Of a DNA stretch of 64,000 bases, positions 43,926 through 51,926 are shown piece by piece. The stretch covers positions 26,390 to 90,389 of the forward strand of contig JAFGIR010000016.1 of the NCBI GenBank assembly GCA_016929515.1. The letters are read 5' to 3'. The stretch's first letter is position 1. Each line of letters begins with the position of its first letter. The DNA comes from Pirellulales bacterium (GTDB taxonomy: Bacteria > Planctomycetota > Planctomycetia > Pirellulales > Thermoguttaceae). The translations under genes were made by a program, and so were the position numbers. The notes under the pieces were generated by a model. It saw nothing but the letters and a program-made list of their open reading frames with translations. It was not told where the DNA came from and ran no database searches.

Positions 43926-44828
43926 GTGGCAACGATGGATCAATCTCACAAGTACTGTAAGAAGTGTCAAGAACAGTCTCTCCATGCACGACCGGGAACT
44001 AATCATCTTCTCCATGCTTTCTTGACCTTTTTTCTCTGCGGATTCTGGTTGCCGGTTTGGATTCTGGCTTCCATCCGAATTGGTGGCTGGCGTTGTCAGA
44101 CTTGTGGCTATGGAGGTAGCACACTTCTGCGGTTTGGTCCACCGGTACTTGCTCTTGGTGGCTTCCTTCTTGTTCTATCGATCGTTGTGGCAAGCCTTGA
44201 TATGTCAAGCCCCGTGGCTGCAACTACGCCCGGCCGCGATTCTTCCAGCGACACCGCGGCACCCGATGTGGCTACCGCCAAGCCGGTATACGACGTTCCT
44301 TCCCTCATCGGCAAGACCATTGACGAAATCCGAAGCACACTTGGCAAACCTCTGGACTCGGAAATTGAGCCGTCGGAACTACAACTGGATACCGGCGTTG
44401 ACCAATGGGAAAATGTCTTTGAGAAAAACGGTTGTCAGTTGCTGGTAACCTTTGACCCACGGACTCGGAAAGTGGTGGATTTCTTCCTCGAAGGGAACAA
44501 ACAAGAATCCGTGTTGCGGATTGGGCAGTTGTCAGCCGATGCGACGGACTATCGGATTGAGTATGTCAAGGCGATTCGTGATCCTTCGGCTATCACTGGA
44601 GTCAAGGCTATTCCAACACCCAAGGTAGTGGTCCGAGAGCCGGCACCCAAGGTGCCAACAGTGAGAACGTGGACCGATGCTACCGGCCGTTACAAGACGG
44701 AAGGCACGTTTGCTGGGGTTGAATCCGGAAAGGTCAAGTTGATAAAGGCGGACGGAACGTCTATCAACTTGCCGCTTGAGAAACTGTCGCAAGAAGACAG
44801 GCAATGGATAAAGAACCAAGGTAACTAG
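43926..44828 (+). CDS. membrane protein with N-terminal Zn-ribbon/TM region and C-terminal SHD1 (SLA1-homology) domain
   Basis: It has YCKKCQEQ...CQTCG flanking TM segments. The C-terminal RTWTDATGRYKTEGTFAGVESGKVKLIKADGTSINLPLEKLSQEDRQWI is the bacterial SHD1 signature. The start is GTG 43926 or ATG 43935. It is visibly AT-richer than neighbouring genes. Confidence 0.8.
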   Translation: MATMDQSHKYCKKCQEQSLHARPGTNHLLHAFLTFFLCGFWLPVWILASIRIGGWRCQTCGYGGSTLLRFGPPVLALGGFLLVLSIVVASLDMSSPVAATTPGRDSSSDTAAPDVATAKPVYDVPSLIGKTIDEIRSTLGKPLDSEIEPSELQLDTGVDQWENVFEKNGCQLLVTFDPRTRKVVDFFLEGNKQESVLRIGQLSADATDYRIEYVKAIRDPSAITGVKAIPTPKVVVREPAPKVPTVRTWTDATGRYKTEGTFAGVESGKVKLIKADGTSINLPLEKLSQEDRQWIKNQGN

Positions 44829-44844
44829 CTGGGCGCGCGGGTGC

Positions 44845-44983
44845 CCTTGATTGATTGGCCGTACAAATCTCGGTGTGCCACCGCTTGCGGAAGCTCCTCG
44901 TGGTGTTGAATCAGAGCGACGGCACAGCTTGCCGGAGACCATTGGCCAGGAGATAATCTGCAAGCAGTGCGGCCCAGTCTCGG
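44845..44983 (+). repeat. dispersed repeat unit B, copy 2
   Basis: See 43602-43739. It is in the same orientation and lies immediately 3' of the SHD1 gene. Confidence 0.7.
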
Positions 44984-45155
44984 CAGGGTGGCTGGGGCAT
45001 AGCGTAGCGGTGCCCCAGAGCGTCACCGCCCGGCAACCGTGGTTCGACGTTTCGACCTGACCAACCATGGGAAATCCCTCGCCGATCCTAGGTCCATGCA
45101 TACCACAGCCCAATCGGATTTTCCAGTCGAGTTTTTGGCCACCCCCCTTCTTTCA
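44983..45155 (+). repeat. dispersed repeat unit A, copy 2
   Basis: It runs from gcagggtggctggggcatagcgtagcggtgcccc to gtttttggccacccccc, contiguous with B copy 2. Confidence 0.6.
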
Positions 45156-45353
45156 CCACGAAGTTCGCGAAGGACACGAAGATGGACGGGTACCATGACG
45201 ACAAGAGATTCACGACGGAGAACACGGAGGACGCAGAGGAAAGGTCTGAACGTGCAAGGCACGTGTTTGCACACACCATGTCCTTCTTGCCGAGAAGGCC
45301 ATGAAGACGCAGGACATCTGATGAGCGACACGGGAGCGGCACAACGGCTCGCC

Positions 45354-45421
45354 TTGCTTCTGCGAGAAGCAGTGCCACGCAAAAAGTGACCACGTTGAAG
45401 CAAGGACGCCCGGCGCGAGTC
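45354..45421 (+). repeat. dispersed repeat unit C, copy 1
   Basis: The sequence ttctgcgagaagcagtgccacgcaaaaagtgaccacgttgaagcaaggacgcccggcgcgagtc is about 75% identical by eye to 47966-48030. Confidence 0.5.
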
Positions 45422-45442
45422 CGACCAGACCGTTGGCTTGGC

Positions 45443-47200
45443 TTACTCCTTCGGCTTGTCGATCTCCGTCGGCTCTCGATAGTTGATCCCCGCGGCGTCG
45501 AGACGTTTGAAATGGGTCCGCAGGCGCCGGAAGAACTCGGCGTAGTCGCGGCGCTGGTCGGGCTCCGGCGACCAGGCGACCTCGCATAGGGCGCACGCGC
45601 GGGGGTAGGTCTGGTAAAGGAGATGAGGGAAGCTCTTCATCGCCTCGCCCCACAGCGCGCCTTCGACGCCGACGACCAGATCGGGATTGACCCGCTTGAT
45701 GTCGTCGGGCAGCGGCTCGAATTCGTAGGCCCGGCGGAGCGTGATGATACGGCCGACGCCCTTCGGCTCGTTTTGTTTCTCGGGCGACTGCCAGTAGTCA
45801 AAATAGCAGTGCGTGAACGGGGCCATCACGAGAAGCTGACCGTTGGCCGCGGCCTTTTGGATTTGTTCCTGGGCTTTGCGGTTCAAACGGTAGCACATGG
45901 CGATTGACCCGGGCTTGGCCCCGCTTTCAAGAATCTCATCCCAGCCGACGAGCGTGCGACCCTTCTTCTTGAGGTAGTCGGCCATGCGGCGGACGAAATA
46001 GCCGTGCAACTCGGCGACGCTCTTGAGTCCTTCGTCCTTCATCCGCTTGCGGCAGTGGTCGCATTTCTTCCAGTTCGTTTTCATGGATTCATCGGCGCCG
46101 ATGTGGATGTATTGGCTGGGAAAGACCTCCAGTATCTCGTCAAGGATGTTTTGCACGATCTCGTAGGTCGCTTCCCGGCCGGGACAGAGCTCGCCGCGGT
46201 CCGGCCCTGTCAAGTCAACCGTGCAGCCACACTCCGGGCAACCTCGCAGCAAACCGTCGGCGTGGCTCGGCATCTCGATCTCGGGCACGATCGTGACAAA
46301 ACGCTTCCGGGCAAAGGCGACCAGTGATTTCAGCTCGTCTTGCGTATAATAATGCCGAGCCAGGCGGTAATAGGTCTGGTTCTTCTCACGCTCCGGGTCG
46401 GCCGCGTTGAGCGCCTTCTGGGGAGTCAGGCTAGGATAGCGCCGCACTTCGACCGTCCAATTGCTGTCATCGGTGAAGTGGATCTGCAGTACGTTCAACT
46501 TGTGAAGCGCCAGGTAATCGACGTACTGCTTCAGCTCGTCGATCGTCCAGAAGTGCCGGGCCGGGTCGATCAGCAGCGCCCGCCATGCAAACCGGGGCTT
46601 GTCCCGGATCGTCGCACAAGGAACCACCAGTTTCTCGACGGGAAGCGTCTTCGAGACGTTCGGCTCGTCGGCCGGGCGCGGCGGAGGAATCGTCTGCCGA
46701 CCGCCCAACTTCCCTTCGACCATCGCCGGTGAGCGAAACGCCTCGGGCGGAGCGAGTTGCAGGAGCGTTATCCCGCCGTAAAACACGCCGGCCGCTTTCG
46801 GGGCGCGGATAACGGTGCCGTTGTCCGTCACCACAAGAGAATAGCCTTCCTCGCCCAGGGTTCGGTCGGCTCCGGCCGTCGTCATCAGGATGGCCCCGGG
46901 CACGGCGTCGGTCGCGCCGGTGGGCGCGGCCGTCACCTGCTCTCCGAGAGCCAGCGACAAACGACTTGCCAGGTAATCGGCCGCATCGGCCAGACGCGCG
47001 TCGCCCTTGGTGTAGAGGACTTTCGTCGCGGGCGTAATGGTGAACTCACCCGATTCGATTGCGATCTCGACCGGCCGCGGAACAAGCGCCGGTCCTTCGG
47101 CGGCAAGCGATGCCGATGCAAAACACGCAAGCGAAACGGCCAGACCGGCCAGCATCGCGGGAACGACCGTGCAACAAAGCGGGCGATTACGGATGGTCAT
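45443..47200 (-). CDS. beta-N-acetylhexosaminidase (GH20)
   Basis: It has LHKLNVLQIHFTDDSNW and YIHIGADE, with signal peptide CCTVVPAMLAGLAVSLACFASASLA. The ATG at 47200 is preceded by AGGAGA; the ORF is open to 47275. Confidence 0.9.
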   Translation of the reverse strand: MTIRNRPLCCTVVPAMLAGLAVSLACFASASLAAEGPALVPRPVEIAIESGEFTITPATKVLYTKGDARLADAADYLASRLSLALGEQVTAAPTGATDAVPGAILMTTAGADRTLGEEGYSLVVTDNGTVIRAPKAAGVFYGGITLLQLAPPEAFRSPAMVEGKLGGRQTIPPPRPADEPNVSKTLPVEKLVVPCATIRDKPRFAWRALLIDPARHFWTIDELKQYVDYLALHKLNVLQIHFTDDSNWTVEVRRYPSLTPQKALNAADPEREKNQTYYRLARHYYTQDELKSLVAFARKRFVTIVPEIEMPSHADGLLRGCPECGCTVDLTGPDRGELCPGREATYEIVQNILDEILEVFPSQYIHIGADESMKTNWKKCDHCRKRMKDEGLKSVAELHGYFVRRMADYLKKKGRTLVGWDEILESGAKPGSIAMCYRLNRKAQEQIQKAAANGQLLVMAPFTHCYFDYWQSPEKQNEPKGVGRIITLRRAYEFEPLPDDIKRVNPDLVVGVEGALWGEAMKSFPHLLYQTYPRACALCEVAWSPEPDQRRDYAEFFRRLRTHFKRLDAAGINYREPTEIDKPKE

Positions 47201-47350
47201 GACCGTCTCCTGAACAGGCGGGCGATTGGGCCGGCGTCCTCGTTTCAATCTCCCATCCGAACCCCGGCAAGTCAAGCTCCGACTTCAGATCTTCCCTTCC
47301 GACGCTCTCTGGGACGTCTGAGACGGGAATACACTACCGAATTGAAGCCT

Positions 47351-47851
47351 CTACGCTTCTTCCTCCACTCGACCGCCGCGGACAACAAAATGACGTTTCT
47401 CGCTCGCCGGGCGGAACAGCCGCCAGTCTTCGCCCTGCGTGCCGGCGGGAAAGAGAACGAGACGGTACGTGCCCGACAACTGCATGACGGCGCCTCCGTG
47501 AGCATCGGTGGCAACGTCTTCGACGGTGGGGCACGCCGTCTCGATGAACTGCCTGACTTTTCGGTCTTGGAGCGTTTCGTTCTCGGTCCAATCCCAGGCG
47601 TCGGCGTCGAACTCGTCGGTCTCTTCCGCCGGGTGGAACAGATCATGCCGTCCGGTGAGAATCCGATCCGCCGTCTCGATACGCCACGGACATTGCACGT
47701 GGAGCGCGTACTGGCCGCATTCCCCTTTTTCATACGGACGCAACTCACCAAAGTCGAACATGCGCATGTCGCACGCGCGGCCGGTGCCCGAGAGCTTCAG
47801 GCCAATGAGCACTCGAAGCTGCTCAAACGTTGCTTGCGCGGTGTCTGCCAT
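47351..47851 (-). CDS. hypothetical protein (166 aa, no recognised domain)
   Basis: It has a clean ORF and a protein-like composition (GQYALHVQCPWRIETADRILTGRHDLF...TYRLVLFPAGTQGEDWRLF). Confidence 0.55.
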   Translation of the reverse strand: MADTAQATFEQLRVLIGLKLSGTGRACDMRMFDFGELRPYEKGECGQYALHVQCPWRIETADRILTGRHDLFHPAEETDEFDADAWDWTENETLQDRKVRQFIETACPTVEDVATDAHGGAVMQLSGTYRLVLFPAGTQGEDWRLFRPASEKRHFVVRGGRVEEEA

Positions 47852-47965
47852 GTTGCTCTGATCCAGAAATCTTCACGCCGGGAAATGGAGTCCTTCCGCC
47901 CCATCGGTGCGTGCAAGCACGCGCGCTACGGCTCGGCCATTCCCATTGCGGGACGAGGGCACGCG

Positions 47966-48030
47966 CTGTTTCTGCGAAGGAATGCCACACAAGAATTAAC
48001 CGCGTTGCAGCAAGGGCATCCGGCGCATTC
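47966..48030 (+). repeat. dispersed repeat unit C, copy 2
   Basis: See 45354-45421. It lies at the left border of the AT-richer toxin-antitoxin/peptidase cassette. Confidence 0.5.
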
Positions 48031-48091
48031 TGCTTGTATTGAGGCCCATTGGGAAGTCAATCAGACAACTGGCCATCAGAGCAGTAGCCGC

Positions 48092-48943
48092 TCATGTCTT
48101 CGGCGTTAGCAGACAGAAAATGTTGTACGTGTTGAAGAAGAACTCCGCCTGGAATATGGTCTGCTTGTCGGTAGCAGAATCAGAAACACTGATCTCACAT
48201 ACATAGCTATCCTCTATGCCTTTCCCCGATTGTGTAACCGCCGCAACTGCCTCCGGGGGCACTTCACCCCGCAGCTTCTCAAAAAACCTCGTTTTGAAAA
48301 TGGGTGATGCGGCGCAGTAGCGAACGTCCCAGCTTGGAGTGGCGTCCACGTCGATATTGTGCTGACGGTTCTTCTGCTTGAAGACGATCAACATGCACGG
48401 GCGAAAGTTCTTCTCGACCAGCCTTCTCGCAGTTGCTTCAAAGGAACTCTGATATCGCGTAGCGAGCTCCTTAACAGTGGAAGTACTGATCTGGCGGGAA
48501 TTGGCCTCTGCGGAGAAACGGTCGCCGAGAAACAGCAGATCGGCGGCAAAATCGTTCGCCTCCTTCTCCAGCATCAGCCGCGTACCAAAGCTGAGTCCGA
48601 TATCATCACACACATACAGTGCATGCTCGTGATGCGGTAGGACGTAGTGGCCGATCTCATGCAGCACGCTGAAGCGCTCGCGCTTGACGCTCAAGGAATC
48701 GTCCGTCGCAATCAGACGGTCGGCAAACGACAGAAGAGCACGGGGCGATGCCCCCGCCAGCGTGCATCTGGCCTCCTCTGGCAGTTCGGTGGCGAAATGG
48801 AAGCTCGTATAGTCGAGCTTCAGGAACTCCAGCAACTCCTGGGGATTGATATACTCTCGGTCGAACTGACCAGCGTTGCGGAGCAGGTAGCGCACCAGTT
48901 CCCGCGGCTCGATTTCCAGATAACCTGCACGGAACGAAGTCAT
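48092..48943 (-). CDS. ImmA/IrrE-family (COG2856/DUF955) zinc metallopeptidase with ~130-aa C-terminal extension
   Basis: The HExxH motif lies in SVLHEIGHYVLPHHEH. Its ATG overlaps the stop of the upstream HTH gene (ATGA at 48940-48943). Confidence 0.8.
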   Translation of the reverse strand: MTSFRAGYLEIEPRELVRYLLRNAGQFDREYINPQELLEFLKLDYTSFHFATELPEEARCTLAGASPRALLSFADRLIATDDSLSVKRERFSVLHEIGHYVLPHHEHALYVCDDIGLSFGTRLMLEKEANDFAADLLFLGDRFSAEANSRQISTSTVKELATRYQSSFEATARRLVEKNFRPCMLIVFKQKNRQHNIDVDATPSWDVRYCAASPIFKTRFFEKLRGEVPPEAVAAVTQSGKGIEDSYVCEISVSDSATDKQTIFQAEFFFNTYNIFCLLTPKT

Positions 48944-49518
48944 GACGGGAGCACCCTGTCCTTGCGAAGTACGCCAAGCGATTTGCGGACAGCTTCTAGT
49001 CCCTCGGTACTCATGTCCGCTCCGTGCGCAGCCATCGCCAGCCGGTTGCTGCCTTTGAGTTCCTCCAACTCCGTAAAGTACCGACCGATGAGTGCATCGC
49101 GGCCCGGCTCGCGTTCGGCGTCGACAATCGCAAACATCTCGGCATTTCTGTCGATCAGTCGGATGAGTGTGTCGCTGGCCTTCGTCTGCAGGGAGCGACC
49201 GTTCTCCCAGCGGGTGTAAGTCTTTTCACCCACACCCAACAGGTGACTCATGTCGACGGCCGACAGCCCAGTCTTCTCGCGGACACCACGAATGTCCTCG
49301 GGTGCGAGTAAGCCGAGGCGTCGATACCTTTCCTGGCCGATCACCGTATCGAGTTCATGGGACAAAATGTCCTCGCCGCACGATCTGCAATGGAGCCACG
49401 AGGCGTCGGGAATGATGATCACACCGCCAGGGATATTCGGCGGGGGATCCATCCGGAACTCGCCCTGCATGTCCACGAGCGTATTCTCGCCACACAGGGG
49501 GCAGTGTTTTGTAGCCAT
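48940..49518 (-). CDS. MqsA-like antitoxin: YgiT-type zinc ribbon + XRE-family HTH
   Basis: The zinc ribbon is HCPLCGE...(29 aa)...HCRSCGE. The HTH is IRGVREKTGLSAVDMSHLLGVGEKTYTRWENGRSLQTKASDTLIRLI. A ~60-aa C-terminal tail follows. Confidence 0.8.
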   Translation of the reverse strand: MATKHCPLCGENTLVDMQGEFRMDPPPNIPGGVIIIPDASWLHCRSCGEDILSHELDTVIGQERYRRLGLLAPEDIRGVREKTGLSAVDMSHLLGVGEKTYTRWENGRSLQTKASDTLIRLIDRNAEMFAIVDAEREPGRDALIGRYFTELEELKGSNRLAMAAHGADMSTEGLEAVRKSLGVLRKDRVLPS

Positions 49519-49553
49519 GGCGTACCTCCCATCATCACGGCTGCCGCGCGTTC

Positions 49554-49883
49554 TCAGTAGTCGGGATGGACCGAAATGAGCAGCGCGTACTCGCCAGGTT
49601 CACCTAACTCACAGAGCGTTAGCTTGAAATAGAAGAGCACATTGTTGATGCGGGGCTTCATCTCGAACGCCGCTTGCCCCACGTGCCGGCCACGCAAAAC
49701 GACCTTCTTCACCCGGTTGCCGGTGTCAATCCACGCCACGATCTCATCGCACACATCTTCCTTGCTAAGATGGTGCGTCAGCAAGCTGTACTCGACGGAC
49801 TTCGTCACACGGACTTCGGTCGGGTCCGACGCCAGCCGACGGATCTCCGCACGTTCATTTGAATCAGCCGAGTTGCCGGCCAT
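49554..49883 (-). CDS. MqsR-like toxin candidate (109 aa)
   Basis: It is encoded first, directly upstream of the MqsA-like gene (35-nt gap), as in mqsRA. EVRVTKSVEYSLL...DVCDEIVAWI...VLFYFKLTL...ALLISVHPD aligns loosely by eye with the MqsR segments VRTTRSALL...MCNVIIGL...VYLKITV...VLIVSFKEK. The start is taken at ATG 49883. Confidence 0.5.
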   Translation of the reverse strand: MAGNSADSNERAEIRRLASDPTEVRVTKSVEYSLLTHHLSKEDVCDEIVAWIDTGNRVKKVVLRGRHVGQAAFEMKPRINNVLFYFKLTLCELGEPGEYALLISVHPDY

Positions 49884-49924
49884 TGCTTGCTCCCCCGCAA
49901 CGCCGTTGCACACCCGCAAGCAAC

Positions 49925-49967
49925 TCATATGGTACCATATGATACCTTATTCGTCCTTGCGAGGCAA
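49925..49967 (-). promoter_or_regulatory. candidate promoter with overlapping perfect 18-bp palindromic operator for the toxin-antitoxin-peptidase cassette
   Basis: On the minus strand: TTGCCT (49962-49967), a 17-nt spacer, then TATCAT (49939-49944). The palindrome TCATATGGTACCATATGA (49925-49942) overlaps the -10 element and lies ~42 nt upstream of ATG 49883. Confidence 0.45.
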
Positions 49968-50058
49968 GTTCTTGAACCACTTTGGTTCCGTTGTCTCCTA
50001 GAAACCCACCGTCACTAATACATAAGTTGTATAATAACAGTTATTTGTGTAATGAACG

Positions 50059-51495
50059 TCAGACGTTCACCTCGGCCGAGCCGCCCAGGGCGTCGGGATA
50101 ACGTTTTCGGATCGGTTCGACGACCGTCGCGAGGAACTCGTCGACTTGTTCGGGCGCGCGGCCGACGAACGTCGCCGGGTCGAGGGCCGCCTCAAGGTCG
50201 ACCGACGAAAAAGCCTTGTCGCCGGCCAGCCGTTCCAACAGGTCGTTCGCCCTGCCCTGCTCTTTGACGACCGCGGCGGCGGCCTGGCTGTGTTTTCGAA
50301 TACGCTCGTGCAGGTCTTGCCGATCGCCGCCCGCCGCGACGGCCGCCATGAGGATGTTTTCGGTCGCCATGAAGGGCAATTCGGCGGCCAGGCCGGCCGC
50401 GATCACCTTGGGATAGACGACCAACCCTTCGGTCACGTTTTGATAGAGAATCAGCACGGCGTCGACCGCCAAGAAGGCCTGGGGCAGCATCAGCCGCCGG
50501 TTGGCGCTGTCGTCCAACGTCCGCTCGAACCACTGCGTGGCGGCGGTCGCGTCGGCGCTCGACTGCAGGCTCATCGCGAAACGCGCCAACGAGCAGATCC
50601 GCTCGCTGCGCATCGGATTGCGCTTGTAGGCCATGGCCGACGAGCCGATCTGGCTCTTCTCGAACGGCTCCTCGACCTCCTTGCGGTGTTGCAGCAACCG
50701 CAGATCGGTGGCCATTTTGTGCGCGCTCTGGGCGATGCCCGAGAGGACCGCGAGCACTTGCGAGTCGACTTTGCGCGAGTAGGTCTGGCCGGTCACGGCG
50801 TAGGTCTCGTCGAAGCCCATCTTCTGGCAGACCAACTCGTCGAGCCGGCGGACTTTTTCGTGATCGCCGTCGAACAGTTGCAGAAAGCTCGCCTGGGTGC
50901 CGGTCGTGCCCTTGACACCCCGGGCCTTTAGCTGACTGAGCCGATGTTCGAGCTCGGCCAGATCGAGCGCCAGCTCATAGGCCCAGAGACACGCCCGGCG
51001 TCCGACCGTCGTCGGCTGGGCCGGTTGCATGTGGGTAAAGGCCAGGCACGGCAGATCGCGATAGTCGGCGGCGAACCGGCCCAGCCGATCGATCACCCCG
51101 ACCAGCCGGTCGCGGACCAGCCGGAGGGCGTCGCGGATTTGCAGCAAATCGGTGTTGTCGCCGACGAAACAACTCGTCGCGCCCAGGTGGATGATGGCTC
51201 GCGCGTCGGGACACGCGTCGCCGAAGGCGTGCACATGGGCCATGACGTCGTGGCGGAGTTGCTTTTCATATCGGGCGGCCGTCGCGAAATCAACGTCGGC
51301 GGCGTGGGCCTTGAGTTGATCGATCTGCTTCTGGCGGACCGGCAAGCCCAGTTCGGCCTCCGCTTCGGCCAGCGCGATCCAAAGCCGGCGCCACGTGGTG
51401 AATTTGCGCCGAGGGCTAAAGATCGCGCTCATCTCGGACGAAGCGTAGCGCGAAATCAACGGGTTTTCGTATTGATCGAGTTCTGGCATAGTCAA
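50059..51495 (-). CDS. purB: adenylosuccinate lyase
   Basis: The N-terminus [38 protein letters not shown], the signature [15 protein letters not shown] and the 478-aa length fit PurB. Confidence 0.95.
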   Translation of the reverse strand: MTMPELDQYENPLISRYASSEMSAIFSPRRKFTTWRRLWIALAEAEAELGLPVRQKQIDQLKAHAADVDFATAARYEKQLRHDVMAHVHAFGDACPDARAIIHLGATSCFVGDNTDLLQIRDALRLVRDRLVGVIDRLGRFAADYRDLPCLAFTHMQPAQPTTVGRRACLWAYELALDLAELEHRLSQLKARGVKGTTGTQASFLQLFDGDHEKVRRLDELVCQKMGFDETYAVTGQTYSRKVDSQVLAVLSGIAQSAHKMATDLRLLQHRKEVEEPFEKSQIGSSAMAYKRNPMRSERICSLARFAMSLQSSADATAATQWFERTLDDSANRRLMLPQAFLAVDAVLILYQNVTEGLVVYPKVIAAGLAAELPFMATENILMAAVAAGGDRQDLHERIRKHSQAAAAVVKEQGRANDLLERLAGDKAFSSVDLEAALDPATFVGRAPEQVDEFLATVVEPIRKRYPDALGGSAEVNV

Positions 51496-51827
51496 TCACA
51501 ATGCGGATGAAGATAAGGAACCACAGATGAACACAGATATACATAGATATGTCTTTGAGGCCGTCCGAGGATTCACATTCCGGGTAGCACCGATGATTTT
51601 CCGCCAGCGATGCTGCAACTTCTCGGTCGCTTTTCGGAAAATCGTCGGTGTTGCGAAGCAACAAGAGGTCTTGTTGGTCAACGGTCCAACGCCTCTTGCC
51701 GCTCGGCGGCACCGACGATTCCGCGGCGTAGTCTTGTCCGAGTAGCAGACTTTGCTCCGCGGAATCATCGGTGTCACCCTCTGGAATACACGGTCTGAAT
51801 TCCCGGACGGCCTCATGTCTTTGTCGT

Positions 51828-51903
51828 CGTAGGGTGGGCACCGCCCACCGTGAATCTTCCGTTGTTGAAAGCGGTGATTTCGGTGGGCGGTGCCCACCCT
51901 ACG
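51828..51903. repeat. pair of inverted 'CGTAGGGTGGGCACCGCCCACCG' palindromic repeats
   Basis: The arms are cgtagggtgggcaccgcccaccg (51828-51850) and cggtgggcggtgcccaccctacg (51881-51903), separated by 30 nt. It belongs to the same family as 43093 and 57246. Confidence 0.75.
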
Positions 51904-51926
51904 CGCGAATCCCGAAATCCCCCGCC

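Noticed and set aside
46757-48109. 450-aa plus-strand ORF across the GH20 5' end, the 166-aa gene and repeat C2.
   Set aside because: It crosses gene boundaries and repeats, is antisense to better-supported genes, and has a low-complexity Arg/Gly composition.
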